A DNA stretch of 40,113 nucleotides from the NCBI RefSeq assembly GCF_001194135.2, contig NC_068989.1, positions 67,002,646 to 67,042,758 of the forward strand, in the 5' to 3' direction. Position 1 is the stretch's first letter. The number at the start of each line of letters is the position of its first letter. Below the pieces are notes generated by a model that worked only from the letters and a program-made list of their open reading frames with translations, did no database searches and had not been told where the DNA came from. Origin of the DNA: Octopus bimaculoides. Its lineage: Eukaryota. Positions 33,101 to 40,113 of the stretch are shown here, in pieces. A program made the translations under genes and the position numbers.

Positions 33101-35431
33101 CAATCTGCTCTCTTGACAGAAACCAGTTCACTCACTATATAGGCGTTCTGGGATCCTCCCATCTGACTTGGTGTACATTACGTGGTTAAATGGCCGTGTG
33201 AGGAATTTAGTGATGGTATGTGAAGGCAAGCATCAGTAAAAAAGATAGAGTTAGGATGTCTGTGTTGCGAGATAGTTCTGGTATTTCGAGCAAAAATATC
33301 AGAACTCCGTTATTTAACCTCCCCAGCACACAAACACAATTAAATAGACGGAAATGATGTATATATTAACTGCCCACTCCTTCTGAACCTGAATCGATTT
33401 ATTCTACATTGCAAACATTAATTTAAACTAAAATAAAAGTATATGTAAGCTGGTTAACAGACGGAAATACTCGGTTATGCTGATAGGGGTGAAAGGCAAA
33501 ACTAATCAAAAGTCAGTGTTCATATTCAGTCTATGAATGTGGTTAGGACGTTCAACTTTCAAATGAACCAGTTCTATTAGTAAAAGTTACGAAATCGCTA
33601 GCTGTACTGTGCTGAAAACAGTCAAGTTAAAATAATTTAAAAAGAGACGACGTTTTCTTTCGGTTAACAATAAAAAAAAAATGACGAAATTTTCGGTAGA
33701 ACCCCCATTACCGATTGGGCTACGGCTCGTCACCAAAATACTTGCAAGTAAAACTGTAGTAATAATTTGACGTAATTAATTGAAATAAACACAGGCTCCC
33801 AAGAGTGAGAGTTCACTCCACTTCAGCTCTTTACATACGCTTATTTTAATGACCCGCAAAAGAAATGCAAAATTGACCTTGACAAGATTTGAACGCAAAA
33901 CACGACGTGCAACTTAAACATTGATTTCTAACATTGAGAGATACGGAGCCCACAACACGTGTGGTAGGGAAACAGAAGTGGTCTAGTAATTATTTACTTA
34001 TTTTACTGACCCCACAAGAAAATAAAAGTAAAGACGACAACAGGAAATTGCGAACGTAAAGTATTTAGTCCGAGGCTAATGCAGTGCCTTTAATTCAAAT
34101 ATGAACATTGGCTTTCCTAAACCGGTGAAACGAAACATATACTTTGCCCGATTGAAAACTATATCGAACTCATGTGTTTAATTCATATATCTAACGCGGT
34201 GTGTGTTATTTAAATATATATATATATATATATATATTGCGCAGATGCTTGTCATGTGTGATTATGTTTACACTGGTATAAAAACTGATGTTGTGTTATG
34301 TCCTTTTCAAGCCCCCATAACCTAGCAACTCGACAAATAAGAGCCAAACTTAAGTAAGTGCTGAGGTCGATCAGATAGCTTAAAATGCTTGAAGGCGTTG
34401 CCTCAGCCCAAGTATGCCTGAAGTCCAATGATGAAACTAGTCGTATGTATGTATGTATAGGACTAAACAAATGGAAGTGTAGGTCCCGGTCCGTGCACTG
34501 GATGAAACTAACCATTTGCTGCAATTTTTATGGTTCTGGGAACTTTAAAAAATGACATAATATAAAATATAATTACTTTCACTAATCAGTGACATTCTAT
34601 TATATAAAAAGCAGCGGAGACGGACTATATGCAATCTCCATGGCCTAAAACGTGGGATTCGTAAAAAAAAAATAATAAATAAGGGGGGAAGGTTCAGATT
34701 ACATATAGTCCATCTGGACCTAAAAAGCAATTATTTTATTGTCACTAATAGGTAAATGTGAAGACTGGCCTCGTAAGGTTAGGTTCGAGGATTATTCATT
34801 AGCTCCTAGGTCAGCTCTGGTTCGAGCAGATCTATGATCAAAGATGTTCCAAAAGTGACCAAACCATCAATTTTAGTGATATCTTGGAATATATTATATA
34901 ACGTGTTCTTGCTTTTCTAAGGATGGGAATATGATTTAAAGATATTTTGACTGGGTTTTTTTCTTTTTCTTTTTTTCAGCCAGTCGAGGCCCACATGTTG
35001 GCTCCCTCGTTGACTTGATTCTCAACAATAAATAATTCGGAAGTTAATAATAAAAATATTTCAGTCTATTTTCTTCGGAATATACCATACCAAATTGTTT
35101 TATAAACTCATTTTGGAAGGCTATAATAACTACAACCTAATTAGAAAGAAAAATGGGGCGGAAAAAAGGTGATAGGTAAATGACCTTCGGAGGGTTGATT
35201 TCTTTACAAGGAGCAGAAATGTGTATATAAATGACAACATTGCAGAAATTGTACCAAATATTATAATGTCGACAGAAGAAAAAAAATCAATTAAATCTTT
35301 CTGTTTTAAGAATTTAAACAAAAATAAACATACAGGTTTGTTTTTTTTTGACTTTTTTAAAAGGGTTAAACTTGTTAATTCTAAAGGTTAATTGAAGATG
35401 TACGGGAGAAGGAAAGAGAGAGAGAGCATAC

Positions 35432-35561
35432 CGGTATAAATGGACTGGGAAATGCCGTAAGCTAAACCACCAGCCATTGCAAAAAGGCTTAGTCCAGCTG
35501 TAAGAGGTTTACTTCCACCTCGAAATCTGTTGAGCATATCTGCTAACTTCTTTGGATCCAT
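35432..35561 (-). CDS. PHB2: Prohibitin-2 coding exon 1 (MDPKKLADMLNRFRGGSKPLTAGLSLFAMAGGLAYGISQSIYT)
   Basis: ATG at 35561, 43 codons plus 1 nt, donor G|GTATGC. The basic leader plus hydrophobic segment resembles the PHB2 N-terminus, and the phase joins exon 2. Confidence 0.92.
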
Positions 35562-35858
35562 TGTGGAATATTCTGTATCCTGAGCTTTATTTCTGTTCTA
35601 AACAAATGACTGGTTTAATGGACGAACAACACATGTGCTGGCAAAGGTTTCCTCTAAATATAGGAACGTGTTTAACGAAACGAAATGCACGTGAATGACA
35701 TTTCTTTTCTCCACAAGAACATTCTAGATGCGGTTTATTATTATAGTTGTTGTTATTGATGCAGTTTTTTAAAATTATATTAAATATAAAGATTGCCTAT
35801 ATTCATGTGTGTGTGTGTGTGTACACATTCATATATGCAATACATATATGTATATGTA

Positions 35859-36088
35859 CAGGGTTGGCCAAAAGTGACCTGACAGTAAATCAAAACAATT
35901 TAATTCCGAGGTTTATTTATATTTGACAACTGAAGAAATTTAATAAAAGCATCTAAATATGAAACATCATGAAAATAGTTCAAACTGAAGTCCTTGAGCG
36001 AAACATTTTTCCATTTGAGTCAATACAGATTTACAGATAGTATTTTTATAGAATTTTAATTTATTGCCGGTTGACTTTTGGCCAGTGT
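35859..36088. mobile_element. Tc1/mariner-type MITE upstream of PHB2
   Basis: TA|CAGGGTTGGCCAAAAGTGACC on the left. The right end reads CACACTGGCCAAAAGTCAACC in reverse complement. Confidence 0.7.
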
Positions 36089-37086
36089 GTGTGTGTGTGT
36101 GTGTTCTTTTATTCTTTTACTTGTTTCAGTCATTTGACTGCGACCATGCTGGAGCACCGCCTTTAAGGATATATAGTCCAAAAAATTGAGCCTGGGACTA
36201 ATTCTTTGTAAGCCTAGTACTTATTCTATCGATATCTTTTGCCGAACCTCTAAGTTACGGGGATGTAAACACACCAACATCGGTTGTCAAGTTATAGTAG
36301 GGGACAAACACAAAGACACACACACACACAGAGAGGACGGGCTTCTTTCAGTTTCCGTCGCGTGTGTGTGGTTGTATGGGTGTCTAAGCAGGCAAAATAT
36401 GTCACACCAATAGGACAAAGGGGGGAAAAAACAGACTCAAATATCTCTTCATCAGCAGCTATTGAATGATGTTCCACAATTTCCGATGTGTGTGTGTGTG
36501 TGTGTATGTAAAAGATTTACACGCGTGCGCACACACACACACACTGTCAGCTCCGCTAGTTTTTGTTGTTTTTCTTTCGTACCATCTGTCCCTAGCACTG
36601 TCAATGTTTCCCTGTGACACTTCAGAAACAGCTAAACTAGCGGCTGAAACCATCCTTTTAGACCTGATCTTCATATTCTCCACAGTAAAAAAAAATCCTC
36701 CAAATGGTTCACTCGTAGTTGCTCTGCGGTTTTTAGGGTAATAATTTTTTTTTAAAAAAGAGAGAGAGAGAGAAAAGGAAAAAAGAAAAACACATACAGC
36801 CGCTAAAGAATCTTGCCTACTCCCACAAAACTGGGTACCATTCACCCAGGGGTGCAGATCCAATGACACAGTATCTGATGTGCAAAAGATGCCTTCATGC
36901 ATCACACAACCCTCAATCTTTCCTACTATCCAGTCTGCAACCGATCCGTCTGGTCCCTTGCCAGAATAATTTCCACCAACTTTGTAGAGTACTCTATTCA
37001 TTTTCTTCTAAACAATGAAGCATTTGTCACCAATACCCACTGGAAAACGCCTCCACTGTATATCATTGACCTATTTGCTGTCAAAT

Positions 37087-37389
37087 CAGGCCTGTCGCCA
37101 GACTTTGGTGCCAGGGGGTGCTTCAGAACATTCTGAGTGGGCACAAATTTGTATTGCAGGAAGATTTTTGTAAACAGTATTTTCTAAATCTGAGGGTGCA
37201 CCATTGAATAGTGAGGAGGGCATTACCATCCAGTGCCCCACCCCTTAGCGACGGGCATGTTAGTTAGACTTCAAGAAATATATTGCAGGACGATTTTTGT
37301 AAACTGTATTTTCTAAATCTGAGGGTGCACCGTTAAATAGCGAGGGTGAAATACCGTCCAGTACCCCATCCCTTTTAGCGATGGGCATG
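37087..37389. mobile_element. hAT-like MITE with a duplicated right end
   Basis: Left TIR CAGGCCTGTCGCCAG, right TIR-like ends at 37259 and 37389. Degenerate 8-bp TSD tgtcaaat / tatcacat. Confidence 0.7.
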
Positions 37390-37593
37390 TATCACATCCA
37401 ACAATGCCTATTGCTATGCAGATAACATGACCCTTCGTTCTTCTCCGTCCTTCCTTAGCTGTGCATCATCCACACGCAGCCTAGCTATCACACATCAAAC
37501 CTGCAATGATTTTATAAAGGGAGACCTTGAAAGCATCCTCCTCTGAAAGGGTGTCTCTTTTAACAGCCGACCAAAAAAAAAAAAACACTCAAG

Positions 37594-37738
37594 CACTAGC
37601 GTAGCTAAGGAAGGCGGTAGGGGCGGTCCGCTCCGGGCGACACTTTTGGGTCTGCTATAAGCAATATGTTTTCTGTGGGTCCGGGAGCGACAAACGGAAG
37701 GGCTGTACTGGGCGGCACACACTCTAGCTACGCTAGTG
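37594..37738. mobile_element. hAT-like MITE, 145 bp
   Basis: Perfect 14-bp TIR CACTAGCGTAGCTA and perfect 8-bp TSD CACTCAAG (37586-93, 37739-46). Confidence 0.92.
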
Positions 37739-39179
37739 CACTCAAGCACTACTCGTATCAAGGATACACCATTGTACGACACCCTCTTTAAACATGACTT
37801 GCACTCAGACACCCTGCTCTAAATTGCTCCAAATGCGGCGCCTCACTATCGCCGAGGATCTCGTCCAGCAAAAGCATATCCTTTCCCTAGCTGGGACTGC
37901 ATCCAAAAGACTAGCCCTTCTCTTTAGGACCAGGAGATATTCCAGTCATCAAACAGCAGCTGACGTTCTACAAAGCTCGAATGAAGCCGCAATGGAATGT
38001 TACGCCCTCGTCTAGGACGCTGTTATCTACAACACAAACTGACATCCTGGACCGCATCTAGAGAAAAACCACTTGACTTGGCGTTCCATCACCGACAGAC
38101 ATACCTCAATCTCTTGCTCACAGGTGAGTTGTCTCCTCTATTAATCTTTTCTGTAGCTATTGTAATAGTTACTTTGGAGTTGATTGGTCTTGTACCACCC
38201 CCACACGGACTCTCGATTCAATAGTCTCTCCACCTCTTATCACTCATGGTGCGCCAAAGCCTTTTGTTCCGCCATATCTGACAACCCCTCCCCCGCTCCC
38301 CTAAAACATCGCCTCAATGGAATCGCTTCCCTGCTTATAACTTTCCGATATGGATTTCACCAGTTTCGGAGGTCTTGCAAGGGTTATGGGTTGTACCCTT
38401 TCCTCCAGACTCAACAAGTAAAAGAAATGCACACACTACCAGAAGTACTCAGTGATGCCCACATATATCAAAGTACCACACATACTTCAAACATTTCAAC
38501 TAATAAAGTTTAAAGATCTGTGTATTTTGACTAAAGCAGGAATTGCAATAAGATTTTCTAGTTCATTTGTTCATTCAAAACCCCGAAGATAAATTATTTT
38601 CTTCTTTTTGTCCTGTGGTGTTGTACTGGAAAGAGAATCGGAATGCTTGAAGTACCAACACAAAACTAACCCTGTGGAAATTCAGAATCCATTGGGTTCA
38701 GTCTTACAACTTTCAATAATTGTTCTTGAAATTTATTGATGATTGTAATGGATTGAGTTAATTCCCTTTAATTGCAAAATTACGTTAGTGTTTTATTTAA
38801 CGAATTATATTTAAGATCTTGAATACCGGTCAAACCAGCATTGGCCGCCTGTTTAATAAGCCACATGTAAAGTCTCCTCTTACTTAATCCAATTATTTAT
38901 ACCGTTATAACGATTATCATGGCAGGCTTTTGAAATCAAAATGTTGAATCTCTTGGGTTCAGAAGTATTCAAGGAATGGAAAAAAAATTGTTCCCAGACA
39001 ATTTTCTTGATTTGATTATGAACCTCTAGGACATGGGATAAAAATTAAAAACGTAATATCCAACACCAAGGATGCTCAAGGCTTGTCAGTCTAGAAGTTA
39101 CCGTCTATACTGAGGCCTTCTGTTTGTTTTCTTGGTATGTTCACAATCCATCGTCAGCTTGTCACGCCTGTCGCAACTT

Positions 39180-39328
39180 CACCATATGACTCATTGTTTG
39201 CTAGCTGAGTGGACTAGAGCAACGTGAAATGAGGTATTTTGCTCAAGAACACAACGCATGGGCAGGTCCAGGAACTGAACCCACAGTCTTATGATCGTGG
39301 GTGTAACACCCTAACCACTAAGTCACCA
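39180..39328 (-). mobile_element. SINE family D, 5' part
   Basis: Matches the head and core of 28780-28918. Confidence 0.65.
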
Positions 39329-40113
39329 CAGGACATTGAGTGTCATATTTTTTATGAAGAGTTGGTTAGTTTATCGTGAGCTCTTTTATCAATCATTTGA
39401 TGAGAAGCATATTCTTTCTGCCTCGGGAGTTCAACGGTGACCTATTTAATCCTGTACTATTAGATTGGAAAGCGATGATACTGCAAGGTCGGGATTTAAT
39501 TTTGGTTTAAACGTCTGGTGCCTGAAAGATTCTAGTTTAAGAGCTGCTACCCATCCCAGAAGAGTCCGTGCTACGATGAAATTAATGATTGAGAAACTTA
39601 GTTGTTGGGACCTTGAAATAAATTATTCCCTACGGAAACTTTGAGTATTCAACCATTTATTTATCTTCGCAATGCCAGAGTATAATTATGGTTCCTCTCC
39701 TACCAGCATGTAAGAGACAAATTGCGCCAAAACCAACTAATCAGAGTAGTGGACACAACGGAGTCCAAATAGCGGCCAAAGGCTAGCTGTTATCTGCTAC
39801 TAACAACAAGAACTAAAGATGTGTTTATATGTTTACCACCTGAATAAATGTTGTTTAAGTTGTTTAGTCTGGAGTTCAGCGTTCCGTTATATTCTTATTT
39901 TATAGTAGGAAAGTCAGGTATACAATCTAAAGATGTATAACCCACTTTCCTATAACTGGTGACCCCCGACGAAGAAAAAACGCAGCATGGACTCTGGACT
40001 ACCAACTTATAACTGGTGTACTCGACTAAAGAACAAATTACGACCATGGAGACTGAACTACGGATTACCAACATCTCCAACCATAGTCAACACGACTCAA
40101 CAAGAGCGGTTTT

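Larger units (their letters stand above)
36850..38420 (+). mobile_element. Decayed CR1/L2-group LINE with an internal deletion and two MITE insertions
   Basis: RSVWSLARIISTNF (linker-like), LYIIDL..SNNAYCYADN (RT core), TQALLVSR and ASKRLALLFRTRRY motifs, all in order. Confidence 0.75.

Noticed and set aside
36459-37001. 180-aa minus-strand ORF
   Set aside because: A chimera of antisense LINE sequence and (CA)/(GA) microsatellite, with no recognisable domain.

Overview
AT-rich, microsatellite- and transposon-dense animal genomic DNA with five N gaps. The SINE, RTE-LINE and MITE families look like those of octopus, so a coleoid cephalopod origin is inferred. One complete protein-coding gene can be built by hand: prohibitin-2 (PHB2) on the minus strand, with 8 coding exons (35561-35432, 28498-28417, 28137-28058, 26374-26250, 22806-22621, 21998-21891, 19265-19188, 17188-17087), an 891-nt CDS and 296 aa. 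Its intron 6 is a U12-type AT-AC minor intron. The rest is mostly mobile DNA: a full-length dead mariner, a second split mariner, RTE, CR1-group and Penelope-like retroelement fragments, hAT-, piggyBac- and Tc1-type MITEs, and several tRNA-derived SINE families. The least ordinary observations all lie inside PHB2: (1) a 67-bp copy of exon 4 inside the U12 intron; (2) a LINE-derived 66-bp repeat that keeps the PHB2 frame open into intron 3 and offers three in-frame alternative donors; (3) inverted LINE tails bracketing exon 4; (4) an apparent 4-nt intron shift relative to human; (5) two adjacent minisatellites in the last intron, one made of RFX X-box-like palindromes. I found no CRISPR array, rRNA, true tRNA gene or clearly new multi-gene system. 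SINE and LINE boundaries are approximate.
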